NCBI GenBank assembly: GCA_951406725.2
Contig: OX597822.1
Span: forward strand, 43,276,001-43,340,000
DNA: 64,000 nucleotides
Origin: Octopus vulgaris
Taxonomy: Eukaryota
Direction: 5' to 3'
The notes beneath the pieces were generated by a model, which worked only from the letters and a program-made list of their open reading frames with translations, was not told the origin of the DNA and did not search any database. Positions 12,719-25,249 of the stretch are shown here, in pieces; position 1 is the first letter of the stretch; each line of letters starts with the position of its first letter. The translations under genes and the position numbers were made by a program.

Positions 12719-12820
12719 AAGTTAATCCAAACATGAAAACACAAAGAGAAAACACAACAACTCGAGGACGTGGAACAAATATAGTATTATTGGACGCTCA
12801 GGAAGGAAGGGAAGAAGGAG

Positions 12821-12857
12821 GGTTTAACGTTTCGAGCGGAGCTCTTCGTCGGAAACA
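12821..12857 (-). ncRNA. Minimal hammerhead motif (CCGACGA-A core) within a ~200-bp Penelope-LTR-like repeat (12718-12930)
   Basis: Minus strand GTTT-CCGACGA-A-GAGC TCC GCTC-GAAA-CG-TT-AAAC: stem I GTTT/AAAC, stem II GAGC/GCTC, palindromic AACGTT in place of stem III. Confidence 0.55.
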
Positions 12858-13202
12858 TAGGAGAAGGAAAGATCCAGAGAAGGGAAGAGAGAGGGAAAAA
12901 AATCGTCAACGGTACACACGCGGTCACATATATTCATACATATACGTACATACCTACATATATTGTAATTTAAAAAATATTATATGGGTACAAGACGTTA
13001 TATTATTTTTTTCTTATTTTGTTCGCGTTTTTTTTTACGTCCTGTACCCATATATGCATATATATACGCAAATATATACATTATTTATATTATTATATGA
13101 TCGAACTCCACACATCTATTTCCAAGTAAGTTTTATATATATACACAATAATACCAGCATAAATCATCTGAAATCTGTTGTGTATATATGAGTGAGTGTG
13201 TG

Positions 13203-14399
13203 AAAAAACTATCCAACATTGGTGTCTCTGGAAAGTTACTGAAATGGATCAAGTGTTTCCTGACAGACAGATCTCAACATGTTGTAGTTGAAGGGGTAAA
13301 ATCAAGCCCAGCCAAAGTCAGTAGTGGCGTTCCGCAAGGCACTGTGCTGGGCCCACTTCTTTTCATCATCTACATTAATGACATTAATGACATCATCAAG
13401 CACAGCAACATAAAAATCTTTGCAGATGATTCCAAGCTACAGAAGGTCATAAATGAGGCGAGTGACCGGACATGCCTCCAGTCAGATCTACTGGCTGTTA
13501 TCCAATGGGCAGAAAAAAACAATATGCTGCTGAACGAGGATAAATTTGAGTTAATCCACTTTGGAAAAGAGGATGCCCTGAAACTCCCATACTCCCTTCC
13601 TTCAGGTGAAACTCTCGCGGCGTCCAACAACATCAGAGACTTGGAAGTAATTGTGGACAACAACATAAGCTGGACCACTCATATAAACACCAAAGTTGAC
13701 ATGGCCCGCAGAATGTGTTCCTGGATTCTCAGAACTTTCCAGTCGAGAGATATCCACACCATTATCCTTCACTTCTCCACTTTTGCCCGACCCCACCTTG
13801 AATACTGTTGTCCACTGTGGTCTCCCCACACAATACAAAGTGTCATAAAAGTTGAAGCACCTCAAAGGGCAATCACAAAAAAGATAGATGGCATGACAGG
13901 CCTCGACTATTGGGATCGACTAGAAAAGCTAAAACTTTATTCTCTCCAACGTCGTCGTGAGCGCTACATCATCTGCATGATGTGGAAAATATTCCATCAG
14001 CATTGCCCAAATGATGTTGGCATCACCTTTAAGGTACATCCAAGGCTTGGGCCCCGTGCCATCCGCCCAAAACAAAAATCGCACTCTCATCTCATAACAA
14101 AAATACGGCACAATTATTTCACCTCAATTGGCCCCGCTCTCTTTAACATTACACCAAAACACATTAAAACAGAAACTGACCCTATAGGGTTCAAGAAGTC
14201 TTTGGACAGATTCCTTCAAGAAATCCCGGATAAACCCCCTACACCCGGATATGTCTCTGTAAACAATAACTCTCTACTTGAATGGGCCATAGTGCCCAAA
14301 TTCTGACTTGAAAGACTTCACCAGGTGGCGCTATTAAGTTAGACATGGCCTGGGCCAATAATGGCCGAAACCTATCAAAGTATCAAAGTATCAAAGTAT
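13203..14399 (+). mobile_element. 5'-truncated CR1-like LINE, copy 2 (RT C-terminal half, open to the stop at 14306)
   Basis: [36 protein letters not shown]; close paralogue of copy 1; 3' stem-loop and (TATCAAAG)3 tandem tail. Confidence 0.92.
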
Positions 14400-16426
14400 A
14401 TATAAATATATATATGAATGTATATATATAGATATATACAATCATATATATATATATATACATATACATCTATATCTTATATATATATGTATATATATAT
14501 ATTTTATATATATATATGTATATATATGAGTATATATACATATATTTATATATACATATATATATTCATAAATGTATCTATTTATACATATACATACATA
14601 GAAACATATATATAGATAGATATATGCAAATTTTGTAAACGCAAGATTATTTGCGTTTAATCGTACCTTTGTAAATAATTTATGTATTTCCTAATAGTCC
14701 ACAGTCATCCCTTCATTTGTAAGATGCGAGCAAGAAAGTGATTTGACGTTTATATATTGAAATTCTTTATTACGTGACACTAAACAAATGTAAATCCAAA
14801 ACGTCAATCAAGAAAACATCGATTGTAATCAAATTTGGAATGTAAAACATTTAAAGTGAAAGGTTTTCTATACATAAACATACACACACACACAAAAAAA
14901 CATACATGCAAACACTCACAACCTCTACACACAAACCTACACACAAACACACACACAAAAGCATACATGCAAACACACACAACCTCTACACACAAATCTT
15001 CACACAAACACGCTCACACAAACATACACACAAACACAGACTCAAAGACACACACACACTTACGCACACATATTAGGCGATGAGCTCTAAAACAAAGCAG
15101 CAAATGCTTAGTAATTTTAACACTTAAAATGAAAGTAAAATGTCATGATGTTTCGGTCGCTAGCTCTTCATCAAAAAAAAAAAAGAATGAAGAAAAGAGA
15201 AATACACATGCATGCATATATTTATATATATGAACGTGTGTGTGTTTATCTGTGAAGGATTGTGTGTGTGTGCGCGTGTGTATATGTGTAGGTATATATG
15301 ATTATATACATGCATAAGGCGCAACCTATGTGTTCGTGTATGGTAGAATAAGAAAAAGAAGAAGATGATGGCGGTAGGAGGAGAATATGGCGAAGTAGAA
15401 AACATTAAAGACTGAACAAGAATATTTAAAAAAGTAACTGATTCAAACACAATGGGAAGTGAAAAACACTCGACGGAAACCCTGCATCGAAGATCGGATG
15501 TTCTCACTATTGGAGTCAACATTTGTTTTTATAAGAGGAAAGGAATGGAAAAAACAATTTAAAGCAAACAGCTAAACCGCTAAACCGTATAAAGGCTACA
15601 ACTGCAAATCCCACCAGCCATACAACATATTCGTACCCGCGTACACAATAGATCGAACCAGAATACATACAATTATCTCCGATCCACAACTTTAATGGGG
15701 CTGCACTTTATCTATAACACGCCATCTGCCGGGGAGAGAATATATAACAACGCATTATATTACGGAATCAACAAAGCGATAGTGAAAGTGAAAGTAGAAA
15801 TCATACTACAGGCAGTAACGCTCCGAGGGATCTCCATTTATTTACTTATTTATTTATAAAATGGTTTATTTTTGTATAGTGCAGTGGAAATAAATGTATT
15901 TGAATGCAAATAACTCGTGTTGTGGGTTTTAGTTTCAGTTCATAGATCTTATAAGGTGGTATAGCGTATAAAACTGCTCTAATAATGGACGAGGTTATAT
16001 ATATATCTATATACGTATGGATATAAAGGTGTGCGTTCAAGATGCATGCTTGTATATGTATACGTGTACATATGTGTGCATGCGTGCATGCGTCTGTATA
16101 AGTGTGTGTGGGCACGCATGTTGTGTGTGTATATTTGTAAACTCGGTTACGTCTTCGTATAGATGTACGATAAACCAGTTCTAATACTGGACTTATATAA
16201 CACACACATGTAGGTATACATCTAAACACACATGCGCACACACTCATAAACACATACCCACACACACACACATATATATACATATTTATATACACACGCA
16301 TAAATACATGCATATAGATACATATGTATACACATATACATATATTTGTATAGATACACATTTGTATATACATATATACGTCTGTGCATATCATATCATA
16401 TATATATATATATATGTATGTATGCA

Positions 16427-16465
<39 letters not shown>

Positions 16466-16544
16466 CGTGCTTTAGGATTTAAGAATGTTTTTTCCTGTTC
16501 TACGTTTTTCCCGTTAATGTTCCACTTTGATTTTTTTACTGTGT

Positions 16545-16566
16545 TATTATTATTATCATTATTATC

Positions 16567-16620
<54 letters not shown>

Positions 16621-16621
16621 G

Positions 16622-16653
<32 letters not shown>

Positions 16654-16681
16654 GTTATTATGATTATTATTATTAATATTA

Positions 16682-16742
<61 letters not shown>

Positions 16743-16820
16743 CATTATTATTATCATTATTATCATTATTATTATCATTATTATTATTATCATTATTATT
16801 ATCATTATTATTATCATTGC

Positions 16821-16857
<37 letters not shown>

Positions 16858-16900
16858 AATAATAATATTATTATTGTTATTATTATTATTATTATTATTA

Positions 16901-16955
<55 letters not shown>

Positions 16956-16985
16956 GATTTATTATTATTATTATTATTATTACTA
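16545..16985. repeat. Long (ATT)n/(ATC)n trinucleotide microsatellite
   Basis: Direct inspection. Confidence 0.95.
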
Positions 16986-17582
16986 TATATTTTTCGTTTC
17001 ATTTTTCTTTGCCTTATTTGCATCTTTATATCTTTGGAACAACACATTTCATATAGCAAAGATTTGGAAACCTGAAAAGTCACCCATTCATATATCGATG
17101 CATAGTCAGAAACATATGTAACGATATATGTATTTGTCTGTGTGCCTGCATCATATACATACATACATACATACAATTCATTGACAGATATATACATACA
17201 TTGATATACATTCAAGCGTACATATATACATACATACATATATAAATGTTTTATATATATATACTATACTATATATATACATATATATATATATATATGT
17301 ATGTATATATAGAAACATAATCAAATATATACACATATCTAAATAGACCATATATTTACACACAATGTGGATATATATATATATATATATATACACTTAT
17401 TTTTGTATGTATGTGTGTATGCATGTGTGTATATGTATATGTGTATGTGTGTGTATGAAAGAAATCACGGGAAGAAGCGAGAAGGATCTAAAAAGTGGAT
17501 GGATGAATAAAATGGAAAAAAAGAAAGACAAAGAAAAGAGAGATCGATCGATAGATAGATAGACAGAAAGAGAAAGAAAGAG

Positions 17583-17618
<36 letters not shown>

Positions 17619-17940
17619 GAGAGAGAGAGAGAGAGAGAGAGAGAAACGGGAGAAAGAGAGAAAGTGAAAGGGTGGAAGTTTCTCTCTGAGACAGAAAAAA
17701 GGAAGTTTATCTCACCGTTATCCGCCATCCATGTGGAACTAGAGCAAAATTTGTGCACGTGCACAACCATAGTTACAGTTATTTTCAAACATATCCAAAG
17801 AAACAAGGATATATATAGATATTACAATATGCTTTTATATGATTTCTTTCATACACACACACATACACATATACATATACACACATGCATACATACATAC
17901 ATACATACAAACATACATACATATACATATATATTAATAA

Positions 17941-17978
<38 letters not shown>

Positions 17979-18838
17979 AACGGGATAATATTTGTGTGTG
18001 TATGAAGGTATTTATCAAAGTAATGGCATTTGGAGAAAACCTCTGATCTTACATTTACATAACGGGCGGAGATATTGGTTACAGTTATTTTCAAACATTT
18101 CCAAAGTTATAGATAGATAGATAGATAGATAGATCAATGTACACTCGCACTGAGAATAAGGTAAAACTATTCGTCGAGGGAAAGACAGAAAGACAGACAG
18201 ACAGACGGATAGCTAGAAATACTGATAAATAAATATATGCACATATAAACATATCGCAAATATTTATTCTATATCAAGGATCTTATCTTTAGAGAAGCGT
18301 AAGTCGGCGGGCGCTTTTCATCGATGGATAGGTGTGTGTTTATATGTGCATGTGGTTGTGTTGGAAGTGCGTTGATGAATGTTTGTGTACATATATATGT
18401 TTCTCCGGGCGTGTGTGTGAGGAAGGTTTTGCATTATGAAAACATGGAGCATGAGATTAAATTTGATATCGGTAGTTTTGTCCAGATCAGAGCTGATCAA
18501 GCAGTGGTTAAATTGTGGCATACATGATTGCATTCGCGTTTGTTTTCCTGTTTGTTTTTACTGTCCTGTTTGTGTTAACTATTCTGACCCTACTCAATAT
18601 ACCAATTTTTACTTAGTTTGCTTTGCGGAAGCAACTGTTTTATCGAAAGCGTATATTGTTGTTAAATGCTCGAAATACGAGACTAGAAAAACAGCCAACA
18701 ATTGATAAAGGGTCGTTTTCTATGTTTGTTTTGTTTTCCATTTGTGTCTTTCGTTGTTCGAAAGAATAGTTCATGTTCCATGTACTCGTGCTTTGTACTT
18801 TTTGTTGTACACGTTTCATGACGTCTTGCGCCCACATA

Positions 18839-18902
<64 letters not shown>

Positions 18903-19026
18903 CGTATAGATGTAAGTATGTAAATATACGTATGTATATATGCATCTATATATATATTATTCATATTATATTATATTATACTCTATATACAATATGTATA
19001 TGTGTATATATATATGTATATATGTA

Positions 19027-19088
<62 letters not shown>

Positions 19089-19101
19089 ATTTGAACTGAC
19101 C

Positions 19102-19136
<35 letters not shown>

Positions 19137-19356
19137 TATGCACATACTTATGCATGCGTAGGCTGTGTGGTAAGAAGTATAAAAAAAAAGAAGGAAAAAA
19201 AGAACAATGTTTTAGAGAAGCGAAAGTCGGCGGGCGCTTTTCATCTTCTCCCATCCTTATCATCCTTGCATCATTATCATTCATCCCATTAATGTCTGTG
19301 TCCAGCCCACAAGCTTCTCTCTGTGTGCTGCCCTTGTCGCAAATTAAATGAAATAA

Positions 19357-19720
19357 AGAAGCTTGCTTCACAACCACATGTTTCCTGGTTCAGACCTCGA
19401 GCAAGTGTCTTCGACTATAGCCTCGGGTCGACCAGAGCCTTGTCAGTGGATTTGGTAGACGGGAACTGAAAGAAGCCCATCGTATCCATCTATACATATA
19501 TGTGTGTGTATATGTTAGTGTGTCTGTGCTTGTCCCTCCCAACTTCACCTGACAACCGATGTTGGTGTGTTTATGTCTCCGTTACTTAGCAGTTCTATAA
19601 ACAGACCGACAGAATAAGTACCAGGTTTACAAAAGAATAAGTCCCGGGGTCGATTTGCTCGACTGAAAGTCGGTGCTCCAGCATGACCGCACTTAAATGA
19701 CGAACACGCGAAAGAATAAA
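19357..19720 (+). mobile_element. tRNA-derived SINE family A (degenerate)
   Basis: GCAAGTGTCTTC...GTGGATTTGGTAGACGGGAACTGAAAGAAGCC, internal (TG)n, 3' GGTGCTCCAGCATG tail. Confidence 0.8.
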
Positions 19721-20157
19721 ATAATACACACGTACATGCATATATGTGTGTATTATGTATGCATACGTATGTGTGTATTCGTATGTGTGTGTGACCCGTG
19801 TAGTAATTGGTTCGTTGCAAACCTATAAGAGTGAACGCTATTCTTTCCTAACTGCAAAACCAAATAAAGAAATATATATTGGAGAAATGTATAGAGTCCT
19901 AGAAAATTAACTACGGGATGTGCATCAGAGAATTTAATGTCTGCAACTGTTTATTACGGTTGAGTTGCACAGAAGCTCAGGTTGTCACTTTTTAAACCCA
20001 TTATCAACGATAAGATCCTTGATATAGAATTAATATTTGCGATATGTTTATATGTGCATATATTTATTTATCAGTATTTCTAGCTATCTGTCTGTCTGTC
20101 TTTCTGTCTTTCCCTCCACGAATAGTTTTACCTTATTCTCTGTGCGAGTGTACATTG

Positions 20158-20239
<82 letters not shown>

Positions 20240-20351
20240 AGATATACATGTACATACATATGTATATATATATATAATGTGTATATCTATATATATATTA
20301 TATATATATGTGTATGTATGTATGCTTGTATGTATATATTTACGTACGCAT

Positions 20352-20405
<54 letters not shown>

Positions 20406-20835
20406 TTATACACATTCATTCATGCTATGTATTTACACACAATATGCATGCATACTGCAGATTCAGTGACGTGCACATAAATACATACACACGTAGAGAG
20501 GTATACCTATATATATATATATATATATATATATAATCAAGATTTTATTACATTTAAGTTAATCACTTGGAATATCCGATGTGTTGCTTCCACAGTGTAC
20601 TTAAGCATATAACTGAACCCTCGTAACGACGACACTTCAATCGCACTTCCTCCAACAGAAATACAGAAAAGTAAAATGCAACAAAACCATCCAAGTCCGG
20701 AAGTTGAAGCATTATATTAATGGATTCTACATAAACCAGAATGTCTTCGAGAAGCAGAAACCGAAAAGAAATTGTATAAAATCTGTAGGTTATGTTTTGA
20801 TGAAAAACACCCTCATTCTCAACATTCCAATGATC

Positions 20836-21205
20836 AAGGCAGCGAGTTGCCAGAATCGTTAGCACGCCGGGAAAAAATGCTTAGCGGTATTTCGTCCGTC
20901 TTCGACTGCGGTCGATGTGATCAACTTAACCTCTTCTTTGAAGTTTCTGGTATTGTGGAAAAATTTGAAACCATCGGTTTCAATGATTAAGGCAGCGAGC
21001 TGGCAGAATCGTTAGCATGCCAGGAGAAATGCTTCGCGGTATTTCGTCCGTTTTTACGTCCCGAGCTCACATTCCACCGGAGTCGACTTTGGCTTTCATC
21101 CTTTCGGGACCAATAAAATAAGTACCAGTTAAACACTGGGGCCGATGTAATCGACTTATAATTTTCCCCGAACTTGCTGTCCTGATGTCAAAACTTGAAA
21201 CCAAT
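20836..21205 (+). mobile_element. SINE family C, two copies
   Basis: AAGGCAGCGAGCTGGCAGAATCGTTAGCA... consensus. Confidence 0.8.
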
Positions 21206-22152
21206 ATCTCCGCCCGTTATGTAAATGTAAGATCAGAGGTTTTCTCCAAATGCCATTACTTTGATAAATACCTTCATACACACACAAATATTATCGCGTT
21301 ATCATATAACCCGACTTAATTTAATACTTGAATTTCTTCCTAGCCTTGGTTTAACACATTTGTCCATTTTAGTAGTGTTTGTCATATACACTGTCGACTT
21401 TTGACTGCAACTCGCTACACTATACACTCGTCGATACCTTTACAGTTCCAACACATCAATTTTATAAACTTTACAAGGAGAAGGACTTTACAAGTCCTTC
21501 ACCTCTTTCTTTTTAAAAAGTCTGAGGAAAATAACTCGCACGCACCAACAAATAACACTAGCACTAATTTTAAGGCCATCATGCAATACCAGTAATTATA
21601 CACGATCAGAACTACAATTCGTATGTCTTGCTGGTAGTCGAGTCAAAGCTTGTGCTTTCAATCGTCTTATGATTGATTATCTAGACTCCTGGAAATGAAA
21701 ATTTGTCTACAGATGTATTATTACCAATGGATTACACCATTAGATCATCATAATCGTCATAAATATTAACATCATCATCATCATCCTCATCCTCATCGTC
21801 GTCATCATCATCATCACCATCATTATCATCATCATTATCATCATCAGCAGCAGCAGTAGCAGCCTCATCACCATTACTTTGTGTCGTAGAGCACAAGAGC
21901 GTCCGTTGTGATATTATTCTGGCGAAAGAGAGAGAGAGAAAGTGAGAGAGAGAGAGAGGGAAAGAGAGAGAGAGGAAGAGAGACAGGAAGAGAGAAAAAG
22001 AGGGAGAGAAAGGGAGAGAGAGTGAAATGTTGTCATGATGGAAAATCGAAAATGGTCCCCACGAGAACCTTACAACAAAATACAGGGGAATATGCAAGAG
22101 AGAGAGAAAGAGAGAGAGAGAGAGCGAGAGAGAGAGAGAGAGTGTGTATGTA

Positions 22153-22190
<38 letters not shown>

Positions 22191-22355
22191 AGGCAAAGAG
22201 TGAGAGGAAGAGGAGAAAGAGTGAGAGAGAAGGAGAGATAAACATTGAAATCGACTGCCATACTTCAGAGAAAGTTAATGCAAGGATGAATGCATGCACA
22301 CGTATATATCGGATTGAGGCATATAATCTTTAATAGAGACCCATACACACATACT

Positions 22356-22478
<123 letters not shown>

Positions 22479-22624
22479 GTATATGTATATACATACATAT
22501 ATATATATATGCATATATGAATATGTATGTGTGTGAATATATACCTAAGTTATCCGATATCGGATAACCTATGTATATTTAATGTTTAATAGTTAACCCT
22601 CTACACACACACGCACTCGCACCC

Positions 22625-22693
<69 letters not shown>

Positions 22694-22917
22694 CACGCAC
22701 ACGCACACACACACACACATGCGTCTGTGTGAATTGAAAGCTTTATTATGAGCGACGTAATATTACGGGCAAAATGAAGCGTACTCTATACTTGAGACGG
22801 AGTCAATATTTACAATTAACTTTTTGTCTGATTGAGTAATTTTCCAATACTTCAAGAATTATCACGAACGGCAATCAGCACCGAGAGGAACGCGTATGTA
22901 TATCTGTAAGTAGGCAA

Positions 22918-22998
<81 letters not shown>

Positions 22999-23041
22999 TA
23001 TATATATATACATATATATATATACATATATATATATGTAT

Positions 23042-23096
<55 letters not shown>

Positions 23097-23102
23097 CATG
23101 TG

Positions 23103-23157
<55 letters not shown>

Positions 23158-23419
23158 GTGTATGCATATAGGTATATAAAGGCTAATAAATAGACATAAA
23201 TTCTGCTGATACCTGTTGGAAGAGATCGATCAGAAACTCTTAGAACAAAATGTCAAACTGATTTACTAAGACGAAAGTAAAATGCCTATTGTTAGTTCGA
23301 TACTTTTATAGCACATATACACATGCCCGCTCGCAAAGAGCACATGCGCGCGCACACACACAGATGCACACAGGAAATACATCCGTTATATATATATATA
23401 TATATATATTATTTTATTC

Positions 23420-23570
23420 TTTTATTTGGTTCAGTCATTGGACTGCGACCATCCTGGAGCACCGACTATCAGCCGAAGAAATCGGCCCCAGGACTTATTC
23501 TTTGTAAGCCTAGTACTTATTCTATCGGTGTCTTTTGCCGAACCACTACGTTACGGGGACGTAAACACAC
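23420..23570 (-). mobile_element. SINE family A 3' part
   Basis: Reverse complement of the family A tail. Confidence 0.7.
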
Positions 23571-23647
23571 TGTGCTAAATAAGTTACTCAAAACAAAGAA
23601 GTTTCTCAAAAATAAAGAAGACTCAAACAACGTTTAGATGAATCAAA

Positions 23648-24018
23648 ATGGTTTCGGGTTCAGTCCCACTGCGTGGCATCTTGGGCAAGTGTCTTCTGCT
23701 ATAGCCCCGGGCCGACCAATGCCTTGTGAGTGGATTTGGTAGACGGAAACTGAAAGAAGCCTGTCGTATATATGTATATATATATGTATGTGTGTGTGTG
23801 TTTGTGTGTGTGTGTGTCCCCCTAGCATTGCTTGACAACCGATACTGGTGTGTTTACGTCCCCATCACTTAGCGGTTCGGCAAAAGAGACCGATAGAGTA
23901 AGTACTGGGCTTACAAAGAATAAGTCCCGGGGTCGATTTGCTCGACTAAAGGCGGTGCTCCAGCATGGCCGCAGTCAAATGACTGAAACAAGTAAAAGAG
24001 TAAAAGAGTAAAAGAGAG
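23648..24018 (+). mobile_element. SINE family A, well-preserved copy with (GTAAAAGA)n tail
   Basis: GGGTTCAGTCCC B-box-like motif, CTTGGGCAAGTGTCTT central domain, tail GGCGGTGCTCCAGCATGGCCGCAGTCAAATGACTGAAAC. Confidence 0.85.
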
Positions 24019-24034
24019 AGTTCAAAGGAACGTC

Positions 24035-24440
24035 TAAAGTTGAGGCAAAGAAATTGTAGCAGTATTATGCCACTTCTCCTCTACAGGCCGGAAACTTGAA
24101 CGTGGTACAGAGCAATGGAAATGTTTTTCTTATATTTATAAGAATGAATAAGATCTTCACTCCAAAAGATATAACATTGCACCTAAAATTGTGGCTAGTA
24201 TACTGTTGTATAATCCCAATTTTCCTTAAGTTGTAGGAACTTGGACAATGTACAGAGTAATGGAAAAGAAGACAGGTGCCTTTGATATGAAGCTCTTTAG
24301 GAGACTGGATAGAATAAGCTGGAAAGGGAGAGTAACGAAAGCAGCAGTACTAGAAAAGGTGAAAGTTCAAACACACATAATGTCAAGAAACAACTCCACA
24401 AAGCTATCGTATTACGGATATACAATGCGCCACGTGTCTG
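24035..24440 (+). mobile_element. RTE-clade LINE fragment (RT C-terminal region)
   Basis: TWTMYRVMEKKTGAFDMKLFRRLDRISWKGRVTKAAVLEKV...KLSYYGYTMRH. Confidence 0.75.
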
Positions 24441-24499
24441 ACAGGAAGTGTGAAGAACTGCTTGTATCATGTCAACCTGGATCATATTGCGCCATATAT

Positions 24500-25240
24500 T
24501 CCTTGGTCTTCTCGGTCTCATTCTCCTTCTAGCATCCACTTCATTATGATGGTAGCATGTTTCTCCAGCGGTAATCGGATGCCATAGCCAGAAAACTATA
24601 TCTGCTGCTTAGTCACCATATTCTACAAGCTTCCTATGCCTACTCTTTTTATCACCACCTTGTTTCTGACCCTGTCTCGGTAAAAGATGTCCAGGTTTAA
24701 TCATATTCAGCGGCGAGTGAAGATACCCTGCAATTGAGATTTTCGCGGTCTTCCAGGTTTCAAAAGCACAGATGGCTCTCGGTATAAAAATAGATGGGTA
24801 CATCTGCAACTCTATCTTCTTGCTGATGATCTTCGATCTCCATATTGGACGAAGGCATTGGAATACTGACGTTACGTTGCCTACCTTGGCCTTAACTTGA
24901 GAATTATTCGGTTGGTGCATAATTATTGCGGTTTTTTTTTTTAACAAATTTTATTCAACAAAAACACAATAACAATATTTAACAAAAACATATTTAAATG
25001 ACAGTTTGACCGTCCGCCAAGCAAATGGGTAGCAGTAATTGAGGTAGATGGTGAATATGCTCCGGAATAATCATTTAAAGATGTCTTTATTACATGTTAT
25101 ACTTTTTGTTGAATAAAATTTGTTGGGAAAAGCCACATTAACTATACACCAACCCAATACATTATGGGTACGCGTATCTGTGGACTACTCAACCACTTGC
25201 AGGTTAATTTCACCAGCCCTTGCTGTATTAAACGATGGAG
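24500..25240 (-). mobile_element. RTE-clade LINE fragment interrupted by a mariner MITE
   Basis: VKAKVGNVTSVFQCLRPIWRSKIISKKIELQMYPSIFIPRAICAFETWK. Confidence 0.7.
24907..25157 (+). mobile_element. Mariner-derived MITE with TA target-site duplication
   Basis: TA|TTCGGTTGGTGCATAATTATTGCGG ... CACCAACCCAA|TA (Hsmar1/MADE1-like TIR); internal FDRPPSKWVAVIEVDGEYAPE* is a mariner transposase C-terminus. Confidence 0.85.
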
Positions 25241-25249
25241 TACCAGGAA

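Noticed and set aside
15138-15172. Hammerhead-like TGAAGAG...CGAAAC on the minus strand (similar traces at 23213-23250 and 54132-54155)
   Set aside because: Stems do not pair; too degenerate to call.
15560-15730. Minus-strand splice acceptor TTCTCTCCCCGGCAG
   Set aside because: All three frames close within about 11 codons; no further support.
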